A DNA stretch of 64,000 nt from positions 1,017,453 through 1,081,452 of the forward strand of contig JAVLKG010000001.1 in NCBI GenBank assembly GCA_032128875.1, written 5' to 3'. The translations under genes were made by a program, and so were the position numbers. The notes under the pieces are model-generated. The model saw nothing but the letters and a program-made list of their open reading frames with translations. It searched no databases and had not been told where the DNA came from. Below are positions 9,516 to 19,454 of this stretch, piece by piece. Origin of the DNA: Candidatus Melainabacteria bacterium 17Bon1m (GTDB lineage Bacteria; Cyanobacteriota; Vampirovibrionia; Obscuribacterales; Obscuribacteraceae). Numbering within the stretch: position 1 is the stretch's first letter; each line of letters opens with the position of its first letter.

Positions 9516-10910
9516 GTGGCTGCTGTCGAGAATTTTGATTACCTGATCGTAGGTGGCGGAAAGGGCGGCAAATCCTTAGCGATGTCCCTTGGACCTGCCA
9601 GCAAGAAAGTTGCGCTTGTCGAAGAAGGGCAGATAGGCGGCACTTGCATCAATGTAGCGTGCATCCCCACTAAGACGATGGTGGCGAGCGCAAAACTTCT
9701 GCATCATGTGAATCACGGCGAACACTTTGGACTGTCTGTGACAAACGGTGGCGATCATATAAAGGGAGTCATCGACCGTAAGCGCCGAGTCGTAAAAGGC
9801 ATGGTTGATACGCACAAGCAGCTATTCAGCAGTACCCCAAACATGGAATTCATTTTGGGAATTGCCAAGTTTGTCGATCACAAGGTAATTGAAGTCAATA
9901 CTGTAGATGGTGGCACCAGAAGGCTCACCGCCGATCGCATCGTCATAAATACAGGTAGCGCCCCAATGGTGCCAAATACGCCAGGCCTCGCTGAAGCGGG
10001 CTATTTGACCAACGCCAGCATTATGGAATTGGAAGAGCTTCCTTCACATCTGTGCATTGTCGGCGGTGGCTACATTGCGCTTGAGTTCGCACAAATTTTT
10101 AGACGTCTCGGCAGCGATGTAACAGTGCTTTTGCGAACGGACAGATTTTTGCCCAAAGAAGATGAGGACATTGCTTTAGCAATTAAGGAGGTCTTAGAGA
10201 AAGAAGGTATCCGCTTTGTTTCAGGCGTGGATGTTACATCTGTTTCGCGGACGGGTAAAACCGCAAAACTCGCATTGAAGAAAGGTGATACAGACGAAAC
10301 TTTGGAGTGCTCGCATATTCTCGTTGCCACTGGCAGAGTTTCAAACAATGAAAAACTCCATCCAGAAATGACTGGTGTAAGACTCGACAAGCGTGGATAC
10401 ATCGAAGTAAGCGAGTATTTGGAAACATCTGCAGAAGACATCTGGGCGATTGGTGACTGCAACGGCGGTCCGCACTTTACGCACGTCAGTTGGGATGATT
10501 ACCGTATACTGCGCGATTTGTTCCTCCACAGCAAAAAGCGTTCAACCAAAGGGCGACTCATTCCCTACACGTTGTTCGTTGACCCAGAACTTGGGCGTGT
10601 TGGAATCACCGAGCAAGACGCGCGCAAAGCAGGGCGCGAGATTTTGATCGCTAAGATGCCGGCAGCAAAAATTCCCCGCGCCACCACTTCCGGTGAAACA
10701 CGCGGATTGCTAAAAGTCGTGATTGACAAGAATTCAAAACAGATATTGGGATGTTCAATCTTTGCGCACGAAGGCGGCGAAATAATGTCTGTCGTTCAAG
10801 CTGGAATGCTTGGCAATTTGACATACGAGCAAATGCGCGATGCTATCTGGACTCACCCCACGATGGCTGAGAGTCTGAATTTGTTGCTAGCCAACGTCGT
10901 TGAGGGCTAA
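9516..10910 (+). CDS. Pyridine nucleotide-disulfide oxidoreductase (RclA/YkgC-like, MerA/Lpd family)
   Basis: GGGKGG, GGTCINVACIP redox disulfide, GGGYIALE, WAIGD, HPTMAE; no C-terminal Cys pair; RBS ggagg before GTG. Confidence 0.85.
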   Translation: MAAVENFDYLIVGGGKGGKSLAMSLGPASKKVALVEEGQIGGTCINVACIPTKTMVASAKLLHHVNHGEHFGLSVTNGGDHIKGVIDRKRRVVKGMVDTHKQLFSSTPNMEFILGIAKFVDHKVIEVNTVDGGTRRLTADRIVINTGSAPMVPNTPGLAEAGYLTNASIMELEELPSHLCIVGGGYIALEFAQIFRRLGSDVTVLLRTDRFLPKEDEDIALAIKEVLEKEGIRFVSGVDVTSVSRTGKTAKLALKKGDTDETLECSHILVATGRVSNNEKLHPEMTGVRLDKRGYIEVSEYLETSAEDIWAIGDCNGGPHFTHVSWDDYRILRDLFLHSKKRSTKGRLIPYTLFVDPELGRVGITEQDARKAGREILIAKMPAAKIPRATTSGETRGLLKVVIDKNSKQILGCSIFAHEGGEIMSVVQAGMLGNLTYEQMRDAIWTHPTMAESLNLLLANVVEG

Positions 10911-10917
10911 AGCGGCC

Positions 10918-10967
10918 GGAGCGCCGCCTTCCAGGCGGCACAGGGTGATGCAAGGCATCGCCCCAAC
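10918..10967. repeat. REP-like palindromes between convergent genes
   Basis: gccgccttccaggcggc and gggtgatgcaaggcatcgccccaac, the latter similar to 55581-55605. Confidence 0.6.
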
Positions 10968-11001
10968 GAAAACCTCGCGCAGCCTATGAAACCTTGCTTT
11001 A

Positions 11002-12282
11002 CTATTCCAGTCTTGCTCTAACAACTGGTTTGAGTTCTTCGGTTAGTTGCTTTGCGAGAACTTTGTGTCCGTTTGCGCTCATATGCGGATCATAGAAAAG
11101 CGGCACCTTCCTGTCGTTGTACATCAAGAATGCTTTTGTCGCATCGATCCAAGTGACACCATTTTTAGTGGCAAAGGTTTTTAATAATTCGCTTTCGGGA
11201 ATATTGTCGTATCCATTTACCTGTGGCAAGCGAACAAGTACCATGTCCGCTCCAACAGCACTACATTCCTTCTTCATCTCATTTAGGATTTGGTTGTGAA
11301 CCGGCCACCATTTCCGCAATTCAGCTTGCTTTTGTGGCAGCATTACACTCGGTAGTTTCGGACTGTAGACAGCTTCCGGCTCAATAAACACACCATTGAC
11401 GCATGCCGGACCTCTCGCTGCTTCAAACGTTGTTTTCTTCTCGGTGACGGCTGCGCCGAATTTTGTTTCGCCGTGCTTAATTCCATCCATGAAAATTGTC
11501 ACTTGCTCAACGGCTTTGGCGATGACTCCCCATATGCGGCTGTGCTCTCTAAGCCAACCAGTTGCACTTACGCGCAGTCCTTCCGGTGATTGCAGCCAGG
11601 CATTTTGCCTGTCGTAATTACAAAGAAGTCGATTGTTAGCATCCAGGGTAAAGTTCGGACGTGCGCGGAAGAAGCCGCCACCCTCTGGGGACAAACCTCG
11701 TGTCGAATCGACCGATTCTGTGACAACTACAATATCCGGACTGAATTTGACTGCGAGGTTTTTCATGCGCATGTAAATTTGCGCGATGTTGTACGCAGAA
11801 ATTCCGAAGTTGAGAACCTCTATTTTTTTGCCTTCGACGCTTGCGTCTGCAGCAAGAGATCGTTCAATCACCTTGCAGAAGTTTTGTTCACGAGGAACCT
11901 GCAGCGCTTCAGTGTACGAATCGCCCACAACCGCTATGCGTATCGTGTCCTTGCTTTTTTCTATGGGAAACTCGCGGTCCAACATTCCGGCGCTGTTCAC
12001 TCGTGTGACGGAGTATCCTTCGTGCCGCCAGGTGATGTGCTTATTGGGCATCATTACCCAACCAATTTCAGGGTCGCGTTTCAAATACTCTTCTTCGCCC
12101 AGTCCTGCGTATGCCAGGCAAAATTCGAGCATCAATATAGAAATGACAATACTTCCTACAAGAACCGCAGCGACGGATGCGGGGGTGTTCGTTTTTGACT
12201 TGTTTGTTTTGGGTTCGCGACTCACCACCGGTACACTTTCGTGTACTGCGTTTGAAATTGGTGGTGTCGTGGTTTTGACCAT
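11002..12282 (-). CDS. SGNH/GDSL hydrolase-like O-acetyltransferase partner (AlgJ/AlgX/PatB-like), membrane anchored
   Basis: N-terminal TM; IAVVGDSYT, VLNFGISAY, DPHMSANGH; immediately downstream of an MBOAT gene. Confidence 0.8.
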   Translation of the reverse strand: MVKTTTPPISNAVHESVPVVSREPKTNKSKTNTPASVAAVLVGSIVISILMLEFCLAYAGLGEEEYLKRDPEIGWVMMPNKHITWRHEGYSVTRVNSAGMLDREFPIEKSKDTIRIAVVGDSYTEALQVPREQNFCKVIERSLAADASVEGKKIEVLNFGISAYNIAQIYMRMKNLAVKFSPDIVVVTESVDSTRGLSPEGGGFFRARPNFTLDANNRLLCNYDRQNAWLQSPEGLRVSATGWLREHSRIWGVIAKAVEQVTIFMDGIKHGETKFGAAVTEKKTTFEAARGPACVNGVFIEPEAVYSPKLPSVMLPQKQAELRKWWPVHNQILNEMKKECSAVGADMVLVRLPQVNGYDNIPESELLKTFATKNGVTWIDATKAFLMYNDRKVPLFYDPHMSANGHKVLAKQLTEELKPVVRARLE

Positions 12283-12297
12283 CTAAGTGAAACTGCC

Positions 12298-13923
12298 TCA
12301 GAACTGGAAGTAGATAAATGAGGATGGTTGCGTCGGTGCAAAGGCAATTGCCGTTACTGCGACGACTGCATAAAACGGAATTCTGACCGCCCAACCGATT
12401 GCATCTAGCGGGCGTAATTGAATTTGCTTTTCAGAAAGAAATCTGGGCAGGCAGAAAATTGCGGCATAACCGCTGTAAATCAACAATGCTGCGATGACCT
12501 GCGAGCGCATCAAAGCGGTCCAAAGAAGGGGGGCCGAAGCTGTTGCAGCGGGCGTTGCCGATGCAGTTGCAGAAGCCGTTGATGCCGCTACCGCCGTAGC
12601 TGTTTGCCCGACACCGAAGAACATCACTTGCATGATCTGCATCGCCTGGGTGACCGTGTCTGCTCTAAAAAGCGTCCAACCAATAATGACCAGAAGGAAT
12701 GTGAACAACACTGAGGCGACCTTTCCGATGGCATGAGCATGGAAATTGCTCAATGCAGAATTCTTCTTCGCCAAGCTGTCATACCAGTTGTTCAGCGCTA
12801 ACATCGCACCTTGGTATGCCCCCCACACTACAAAGTGCATGGCCGCACCGTGCCAGAGTCCGCCAAGCAACATCGTCAGGAAGAGATTTCGATTCTTGTT
12901 GGTTCTGCCCCCGCCCAACGGAATGTACAGATAGTCGCGCAGCCAAGTCGATAACGAGATGTGCCAGCGGCGCCAGAAATCAGAAATGCTTTTCGCCAAA
13001 TACGGAAAGTTGAAGTTGTCCGGCAACGATATGCCCAGCAACAGCGCACTGCCTCTGCCCATATCCGTGTAGCCGGAGAAGTCAAAATAAATCTGGAACG
13101 TGAACGCGAGGACCGCCACCCATGCGTCACCGGTGCTCATGCTAACAGCGGGATTGAAGCCAGCGTTAGCCAAAATTGCCAGGTTGTCTGCAATCGCCAC
13201 TTTCTTGAACAGCCCCTGGAGGATCAGTGCCAGACCAGCGTGCATGTCAGTGCTGCGGAATTTTAGTGCGGTTCCGTTGTGTCCAGGGCGAGTATCAAGT
13301 TGTTCGATGAAGTGCTCAAAGCGCTTGATTGGTCCTGCAATTTGTGATGGGAAAAACGCGGCGAACAGCGCGAAGTCGACGGGGTTACGAACTGGCTTTT
13401 CGCCTTTCGCGACGTCCACCAGGTAATGAATAAATTCGAACACGAAGAAGGAAATGCCTAGCGGCAGAATGATATCGAATGTGATGGCATAGAATTTTGG
13501 CGCATTGATGTGGAAGAAGGAAGCGCCGCTATTCAATGCATCAGTGAAGGTCGTGAAAAGAAAATTGACGTACTTGAAGTAGATCAAGCAACCGAGGTTT
13601 ATCACAAGTCCGAGTGTCAGAGTCAGGCGAGTAGCTGTCGACATCTGCGTGTTGACGGAATGTGTCGTGCTTTGCGCCAGTTCCTGGTTCACAACCCGGT
13701 TCTGATTTTTGCTTTGATTCTGCAGTTTCCCCAGCAGCAAGCCGATGGCGTAGTTGACGGCGGTGAGAGCTGCAACCATTAGTCCATACTTCGGAATCCA
13801 ACTCATATAGAAGACGTAACTCGCCAACAGCAAAACCGGCTTCTTCAGAGCACGAGGCGAGAGCCAGTACAGTGCGAAAACCACCGGAAAAAATATGAAG
13901 TATGAAAGGCTGGTGAAAAGCAT
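12298..13923 (-). CDS. MBOAT O-acyltransferase (AlgI/PatA/DltB family)
   Basis: LPLGISFF, FPSQIAGPI, QIYFDFSGY, FWRRWHISLSTWLRDYLYIPLGG, GLWHGA, C-terminal FIYFQF. Confidence 0.95.
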   Translation of the reverse strand: MLFTSLSYFIFFPVVFALYWLSPRALKKPVLLLASYVFYMSWIPKYGLMVAALTAVNYAIGLLLGKLQNQSKNQNRVVNQELAQSTTHSVNTQMSTATRLTLTLGLVINLGCLIYFKYVNFLFTTFTDALNSGASFFHINAPKFYAITFDIILPLGISFFVFEFIHYLVDVAKGEKPVRNPVDFALFAAFFPSQIAGPIKRFEHFIEQLDTRPGHNGTALKFRSTDMHAGLALILQGLFKKVAIADNLAILANAGFNPAVSMSTGDAWVAVLAFTFQIYFDFSGYTDMGRGSALLLGISLPDNFNFPYLAKSISDFWRRWHISLSTWLRDYLYIPLGGGRTNKNRNLFLTMLLGGLWHGAAMHFVVWGAYQGAMLALNNWYDSLAKKNSALSNFHAHAIGKVASVLFTFLLVIIGWTLFRADTVTQAMQIMQVMFFGVGQTATAVAASTASATASATPAATASAPLLWTALMRSQVIAALLIYSGYAAIFCLPRFLSEKQIQLRPLDAIGWAVRIPFYAVVAVTAIAFAPTQPSSFIYFQF

Positions 13924-14261
13924 TGTTCTAAAAGCGACAAAAGGGCAGTGCTGTGAGGTTTTTAGCCCGTTGCCAACTCTTATTTTTGCTGGTTATGTCT
14001 TAGTTTTCTTTAGCCGAGGCTCAGATTTCAATGGGTAATTCCTGGGAGGCTCTATGTGAAGTTTTCAAACCCTTGAATAGCTGCCCTAAACTGCTCTCTA
14101 CGTGGTCTACACCATCTTGTTATGTTCTTCTCATTTTTGTTGCCAAGGGCGTCAAGGACCAAACAAAAGCGCAAAATTGGGGTTCGCACGTCTCTCCTCC
14201 TAAAGCCCTCGGTTCAATCGTAGAAGAGGAAGTTGGCAGTCTGAATAGGATGAATTACCAA

Positions 14262-14765
14262 ATGAACACGAAAAATCGCATCGCATCACTTTCCTTGCTT
14301 GTCGGCAGTCTTGCTGTTCTGATGAGCCCGTCCGCTTTTGGCGAAGATGCGAAGGCGACCCCGGAGTCTGTTTATACGAAGTATCACCAGACGCTGCTGA
14401 ATGCGAAGACTGTAGACGAAGTCACGCCCTTCATGTGCGCGGGACGCGTCAAAGAAGTGAATACAACGCCCAAAGAGGAGAAGGCGATGTTTTTCGGCTT
14501 CATAAAAGAAACCTGCCCCAAGGACGTACATATTGTTTCGTCTAAAATAGACGGCAGCACTGCGAATCTCAAGCTGATAGTCGGTGATGGCAAGCCCGTT
14601 GTTTTGGATCGACCCCTCCTCGGAAAAGTCAAGGAAGAAACCAAAGGCGAATGCTTGATGGTTCTCGAAAACGGTGTGTGGAAGGTTGACAAAGAAAGCT
14701 GGAAGTCGAGCTCAGTCTCAGTTGATTCCGATGCTCCGCCAGCAGAGTCGCCGAAGAGTAATTAG
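14262..14765 (+). CDS. Secreted hypothetical protein
   Basis: Signal peptide ending AFG; C-terminal MVLENGVWKVD typical of NTF2-like lipoprotein-type domains. Start inferred; ORF open from 14031. Confidence 0.7.
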   Translation: MNTKNRIASLSLLVGSLAVLMSPSAFGEDAKATPESVYTKYHQTLLNAKTVDEVTPFMCAGRVKEVNTTPKEEKAMFFGFIKETCPKDVHIVSSKIDGSTANLKLIVGDGKPVVLDRPLLGKVKEETKGECLMVLENGVWKVDKESWKSSSVSVDSDAPPAESPKSN

Positions 14766-14805
14766 TCCCGCAAGAGTCCCACAAAACTTAGGTCTGTTAG
14801 TCGAA

Positions 14806-15366
14806 ATGCAAATTGAAGAGCGTCCTCTCTCTCCTGTTTTGAAGTCGGAGTTGGACGCTCATTTGCGTGATGGGTTGCGCACAATAGGTGGGCAAGGCAT
14901 TGCTTCAGATGCGGATAAGCTCGGCGCAAAATTGAATGAGTTTCTCATCGAATTCGAAAAAGCAAAATCGCAATTTAAAGAGAACCAGATTCAATTGTTG
15001 CTAGTTCAAGTGGGTGCTGTACTCGCGCATCTTTTTGTTGTGAAGTACGGCTGGGCATGGACCTGCGCGAAGGATGAGAATGAGCGCGACTTTTATTTCA
15101 TCGTGTCGCGCGATAAGAAGTTGATGTTGCAACCTTGGACATTCTTACAGGATTGCGTTCAACAACCGGACTTCCATGAGGTTGTGAAAAACATTGTTGC
15201 TGTGCCGGAATTGGCGTCACAGAGTGATGAAGTGATGAATTCTGATTTGCTCTACCAAGACATCGGCATGGCATTTATGGCTATGGGCTCTCTGGTTTCG
15301 ATTTCGCAAGGAGTCGGTACGATTCTCGAAGATGTACTGCCTCCCGACATGGAGACGAAAAACTAA
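14806..15366 (+). CDS. Hypothetical protein
   Basis: Open frame filling the gap; start MQIEERP inferred to avoid overlap with the upstream gene. Confidence 0.6.
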   Translation: MQIEERPLSPVLKSELDAHLRDGLRTIGGQGIASDADKLGAKLNEFLIEFEKAKSQFKENQIQLLLVQVGAVLAHLFVVKYGWAWTCAKDENERDFYFIVSRDKKLMLQPWTFLQDCVQQPDFHEVVKNIVAVPELASQSDEVMNSDLLYQDIGMAFMAMGSLVSISQGVGTILEDVLPPDMETKN

Positions 15367-15370
15367 GCTG

Positions 15371-16042
15371 TTAATATTTGATGCCCAAACTTTCGAATGG
15401 CTCTGTCAAATCCGTAGGTAGGGGCGCGTGAATCGTTATGCTTTCATCGTACACATTGCGGAGCGTTAGCTCAAGTGCGTGCAGTGCCATGCGGTTGAGC
15501 CCGTGAGTCTCCCGGAAAAAACGGTTGACGTCGCCCTTTCCATATCGAACATCACCGACAATTGGATGACTCAAGTGTTTCAAATGTCGGCGAATTTGAT
15601 GCAGTCTGCCGGTTTTTGGACGGGCTTCAACTAATGACCAGCGGTCTTTGTGTGCGATGGGAATGAACTCAGTAATTGCCGGCACGCGGACGTGATACTT
15701 CTCTTTTGGAATGGGATGGTCGAGCAGGCAACCTTCTTTCATTGGTCCGCGAACAAGTGCCAAATAGCGTTTTTGAAACCCGCCTTCTTCCATTTGCTTT
15801 TGCAAATTTCTTGCGGTGTCTGCATCCAGAGCGAATAAGAGCACTCCGCTCGTGGCACGATCTAATCGATGTGCTGCGAAAACCTGAGCATGCACAATGT
15901 CGTCGCGAACAATGTCTGATGCAGTAATTGGATCATTGTCCCACCCTCGATGCACGATCATGCCAGAAGGCTTAGAGACCGCGATCATGTGTTCGTCACG
16001 GTACAGCACTGGCAATTCTGGTCGGGGTTCCAGCTCTTTCAT
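15371..16042 (-). CDS. truC: RluA-family pseudouridine synthase, TruC-like
   Basis: AVSKPSGMIVH, HRLDRATSGVLL, TGRLHQIRRH, HPIVGD; no S4 domain. Confidence 0.75.
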   Translation of the reverse strand: MKELEPRPELPVLYRDEHMIAVSKPSGMIVHRGWDNDPITASDIVRDDIVHAQVFAAHRLDRATSGVLLFALDADTARNLQKQMEEGGFQKRYLALVRGPMKEGCLLDHPIPKEKYHVRVPAITEFIPIAHKDRWSLVEARPKTGRLHQIRRHLKHLSHPIVGDVRYGKGDVNRFFRETHGLNRMALHALELTLRNVYDESITIHAPLPTDLTEPFESLGIKY

Positions 16043-16089
16043 GTCGTGGGGTTTAAACCAGTTGTACGTTTTCTTCTATTCATCTGCTG

Positions 16090-17424
16090 TTAGTGACCGG
16101 CACCACCTGCAGTTTCAACAACCTCGCCCGAGTCTTCGACTCGCGCAACCAAAAGGGCTGCCACAAGCATTGATGCGCCACCGAGCATAACAACATATAG
16201 GGGGTTGTTGTGAAATACATGTTTTACCAATGGCTGGAAAGTCACCGACGCTAGAATTTCAGGAATGACGATGAAGAAATTGAAGACTCCCATGTATACG
16301 CCAGTGCGCGCTGCCGGAATAGCGGCAGAAAGGATTGCGTAAGGCATTGCCAAAATTGACGCCCAGGCGATTCCGACACCAATCATGGTGAACTGAAGAG
16401 TGTTGGCATCTTGAATGAAATAGACGGATAGTAAGCTTAAGCCACCTAATGCAAGCGCCACTCCGTGTATGAGCTTGCGACTAAATTTCTTTGCAAGCTT
16501 TGGCAACATGAATGCGACGAGAAAACAAACGATCGAATAAACGGCGAAGCACCAGCCTGACCATTCAGTTGCTTTGTCGAACAATTCAGAACTGGGACCA
16601 GGCGCTTTGAACACGTGATAAGCCGTCGTTAGTCCGAAGAACATCCACATGCAGAAGAGCCCGAGCCACGTGAAAATTTGCACTACGGCTAGCTGCTTCA
16701 TGGTCTTAGGCATTTCGCGAACAGCCTCGGGGATTTCTTGGAATACTTCCCTCAGCAATCCTAGAAAGCCCGGATTCTGAGCGCGATGTTTTTCAAACGC
16801 TTCCATGTCTTCAGGTGGATATTCGTTTGAGAGAAACACCGTCCAAAGGACGCACAGCAAGAACATTGCTGCGCCGATTTTGAATGAATATTGAACGGTC
16901 AAGGGAACGCCGTTGGGTGCAAGACCGGTCACGCCGAAGTTTCTAAACAACATCGGGAGGGCATTAGCCATGGTGGCACCGATGCCGATGAAAAAGCTCT
17001 GCATGATGAAGCCGGTCGTTCGTTGCTCATGGTTCAACTTGTCCGCGACGAACGCGCGGAAAGGTTCCATGCTTATGTTGATTGATGCATCGAGTATCCA
17101 GAGAAGCGTGGCAGCCAACCACAGCGCGGAGCTGTCAGGCATAAGGAAAAGCGCAACGGAAGCAAGAATTGCTCCGACAAGAAAATACGGACGGCGTCGC
17201 CCCAGCTTGCCCCAAGTTCTGTCGCTCATAGCGCCAATAATTGGCTGGACCAATAAACCAGTTACCGGTCCAGCTAACCACAAAATTGGAATGTGTTCGG
17301 GATCAGCACCAAGCTTGGTGTATATGGCGCTCATGTTTGCCAATTGCAAACCCCAACCGAACTGAATTCCGAGAAATCCGAAATTCATATTCCAGATTTG
17401 ACGGAAGCTCAGCCGCGGCTTCAT
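16090..17424 (-). CDS. MFS transporter, maltose/sucrose-type (SLC45/MalT-like)
   Basis: QIWNMNFGFLGIQFGWGLQ, GLLVQPIIGAMSDRTW..LGRRRPY, GVYMGVFNFFIVIP. Confidence 0.85.
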   Translation of the reverse strand: MKPRLSFRQIWNMNFGFLGIQFGWGLQLANMSAIYTKLGADPEHIPILWLAGPVTGLLVQPIIGAMSDRTWGKLGRRRPYFLVGAILASVALFLMPDSSALWLAATLLWILDASINISMEPFRAFVADKLNHEQRTTGFIMQSFFIGIGATMANALPMLFRNFGVTGLAPNGVPLTVQYSFKIGAAMFLLCVLWTVFLSNEYPPEDMEAFEKHRAQNPGFLGLLREVFQEIPEAVREMPKTMKQLAVVQIFTWLGLFCMWMFFGLTTAYHVFKAPGPSSELFDKATEWSGWCFAVYSIVCFLVAFMLPKLAKKFSRKLIHGVALALGGLSLLSVYFIQDANTLQFTMIGVGIAWASILAMPYAILSAAIPAARTGVYMGVFNFFIVIPEILASVTFQPLVKHVFHNNPLYVVMLGGASMLVAALLVARVEDSGEVVETAGGAGH

Positions 17425-17425
17425 C

Positions 17426-18013
17426 TTACTTCGCCAAGGGTGGCTGAATCAGCCTGTCGAGCACATGCAACGTGCCGTTGGTACACGGAATATCAATCAC
17501 TTTCATCAGTGACTTGTCGGCGTAATAATCTCCACCTGGGTTGGAGATGCTTACGCTGTGCCCTTCATGTGTTTTTACTGTGCCCATCTTTGCGAGATCG
17601 GCGGCACTGTAATTGCCATCGATGATGCAATATTCCAAAACCTGACGCAGTTTTTTCTTGTTGTCGAACAATTGGGATAGATCGTCTTGCGGATAACGTT
17701 TAAACGCGTCATCGCTTGGTGCCAGGAAAGTAAAGGGTCCGCCGCCCTTCAATACTTTGTCGAGTTCGAACGCCTGGGTCAAACCATCACGCAAGGTCAT
17801 GAAGCGCGTCACTTCGTTTTCCTTGAGTGTATTGATGATGTCTAACTTCTTGCGCTCGAATCCTTCCTTTTCACTGTATTTCGTTGTCTTGGCGGCAATT
17901 TTGACCCGGTCTGCCTTGTCAGAAGAGGTTTTTGCATCTACCGCGTTGATTCCGCTGGCAACTCCAAGAAATAGTGCCAGCGCTGTGGCTACCGAGTTCC
18001 GAACCTTGGACAT
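17426..18013 (-). CDS. Secreted fasciclin (FAS1) domain protein
   Basis: Signal peptide; GPFTFLAPSDDAF and TNGTLHVLDRLI motifs; stop codon 1 bp from the MFS start. Confidence 0.9.
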   Translation of the reverse strand: MSKVRNSVATALALFLGVASGINAVDAKTSSDKADRVKIAAKTTKYSEKEGFERKKLDIINTLKENEVTRFMTLRDGLTQAFELDKVLKGGGPFTFLAPSDDAFKRYPQDDLSQLFDNKKKLRQVLEYCIIDGNYSAADLAKMGTVKTHEGHSVSISNPGGDYYADKSLMKVIDIPCTNGTLHVLDRLIQPPLAK

Positions 18014-18088
18014 TGTGCGACCCCCATGAAGTCCAGTGAGTAAGGCTTAGATTCTAACCCTTTGAAAACTTCCAAGCGTTAAATGAAA

Positions 18089-18148
18089 GGACGACGCTTG
18101 GCGCCGCCCTGTTCAGTTGATATGTAGGAGCGATGCCGTGTATCGCCC
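18089..18148. repeat. Two degenerate REP-like palindromes
   Basis: ggacgacgcttggcgccgccc and gtaggagcgatgccgtgtatcgccc. Confidence 0.55.
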
Positions 18149-18189
18149 GGTTCAAATTTCGAATCTATCTTGAAAACAAAGTGCCCGTA

Positions 18190-18657
18190 CTACTCAGGCC
18201 ACTTAATTGGGTCCATGTTGGGGATGCCGTCTTCAAACGTGTGTTGTCTCAGCGAATTTTCGCGGACCTGAATGCAAATGGAGACCATCGGTTCTTCACC
18301 TGTGTTGCGCCATGTTCTCAATCCGTTCGGCGCGATACGCACAATTGAGCCTTCGCACACATCAATCACTTCGTGATCGACCTGCATTTGACCTTTGCCT
18401 TTGATAAAAATGTAGACTTCTTCATTTTCTTTGTGCTGGTGGGAGAAAGGCATGGCGCCACCGACCGGCAAGGAATTGATGGAGATTTCGCAACCGGTGA
18501 AATCCAAATGGTCTTTGAGGAAATGCTTTCCTTTGATTTCTCCACGTCTTGGGTGATTCATCTTGTGCTCAGCCCACTCTGCAAGAGAGCCGCCATTGTA
18601 ATGCGAGTAATTTGTGCCCCGCTTTGTCTCATTATTCATTGTCTTTGTCTCTGACAT
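18190..18657 (-). CDS. Cupin domain protein
   Basis: PFSHQHKENEEVYIFIKGKG cupin motif; RBS aaggag. Confidence 0.9.
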   Translation of the reverse strand: MSETKTMNNETKRGTNYSHYNGGSLAEWAEHKMNHPRRGEIKGKHFLKDHLDFTGCEISINSLPVGGAMPFSHQHKENEEVYIFIKGKGQMQVDHEVIDVCEGSIVRIAPNGLRTWRNTGEEPMVSICIQVRENSLRQHTFEDGIPNMDPIKWPE

Positions 18658-18775
18658 TTTTCGCTCCTTTGATTTGATAGCACGCTCGTTGCTTTGCTAA
18701 ATCTGCGTATGCGTTCGCCGTCTGTGCACATGCACAGAGCGACTTGTATTTAGTACTGCGGGCGATGCCCCAAGT

Positions 18776-18863
18776 TGTTTAACGAACTGACTGGAATTGC
18801 TTTACGCGTTGACTTGACTTGTTTTACGAACTGACTTGATTTGTTTTACGAACTGACTTGAAT
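18776..18863. repeat. Tandem repeat, 4 x 22 bp (tgttttacgaactgacttgaat consensus)
   Basis: Units at 18776, 18798, 18820 and 18842; the last contains the TetR stop codon. Confidence 0.9.
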
Positions 18864-19442
18864 CGCTGTGATTTGATTGCGCAGGCTGGTGGCAACAGAG
18901 TGCATGTATGTTAGATCCGAATACAGCCTCGTCAACATGATGCCACCTTCAAGAGTGGCTATGAATGATCGGGCTACTTGCTGCGCATCTGTTGATGGTT
19001 TGATATCGCCTTCGCTGATGCCATTCTCTATCAACTTTTCTACTGTTCCAAGGACTGAATCCATCGCCTTTTGAACGCGGATTTTCATCTCCGGATGCCC
19101 ATCGTCACACTCTACAGCGCTGTTTAACAACGGGCAGCCCCCAGTAACCGGCGGGTCTGATGCGACACTCATGAATGCATCTACAAATGCCATCAGCTTG
19201 TCGATTGCCCTCTCTTTCATATTTAGATGGCGCGTGACTTCGGCAGAGCTTACTTGAAATGCGAAATCAAATGCTTCGAGAGCCAGTTGGTCTTTGCTCG
19301 GAAAGTGGTTGTAAATTCCTCCCTTTTCCAAACCTGTTGCGTTCATCACGTCAGACATGGACGCGCCAAAGTAGCCACGGCTGTTGAATAGAGCCGCTGC
19401 CTTACCCAAGATCATGTCGCGGGTGACTTTACCTTTGCCCAT
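18846..19442 (-). CDS. TetR/AcrR family regulator (LmrA/YxaF/NemR-like)
   Basis: HTH GYFGASMSDVMNATGLEKGGIYNHFPSKDQL; GGCPLLN; start MGKGK at 19442. Confidence 0.9.
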   Translation of the reverse strand: MGKGKVTRDMILGKAAALFNSRGYFGASMSDVMNATGLEKGGIYNHFPSKDQLALEAFDFAFQVSSAEVTRHLNMKERAIDKLMAFVDAFMSVASDPPVTGGCPLLNSAVECDDGHPEMKIRVQKAMDSVLGTVEKLIENGISEGDIKPSTDAQQVARSFIATLEGGIMLTRLYSDLTYMHSVATSLRNQITAIQVSS

Positions 19443-19454
19443 ATTTCTCAAAAT

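Noticed and set aside
9516-10910. Mercuric reductase MerA
   Set aside because: No C-terminal Cys-Cys, no NmerA domain and no mer genes; HPTxxE ending fits RclA/Lpd-like enzymes.
18047-18073. ECF-like promoter before the fasciclin gene (GGAAGT...ATCTAA)
   Set aside because: Mismatches in both elements; not counted.
18776-18863. 22-bp repeats as a CRISPR array or plasmid origin
   Set aside because: Units are contiguous with no spacers; no cas or rep gene is nearby.
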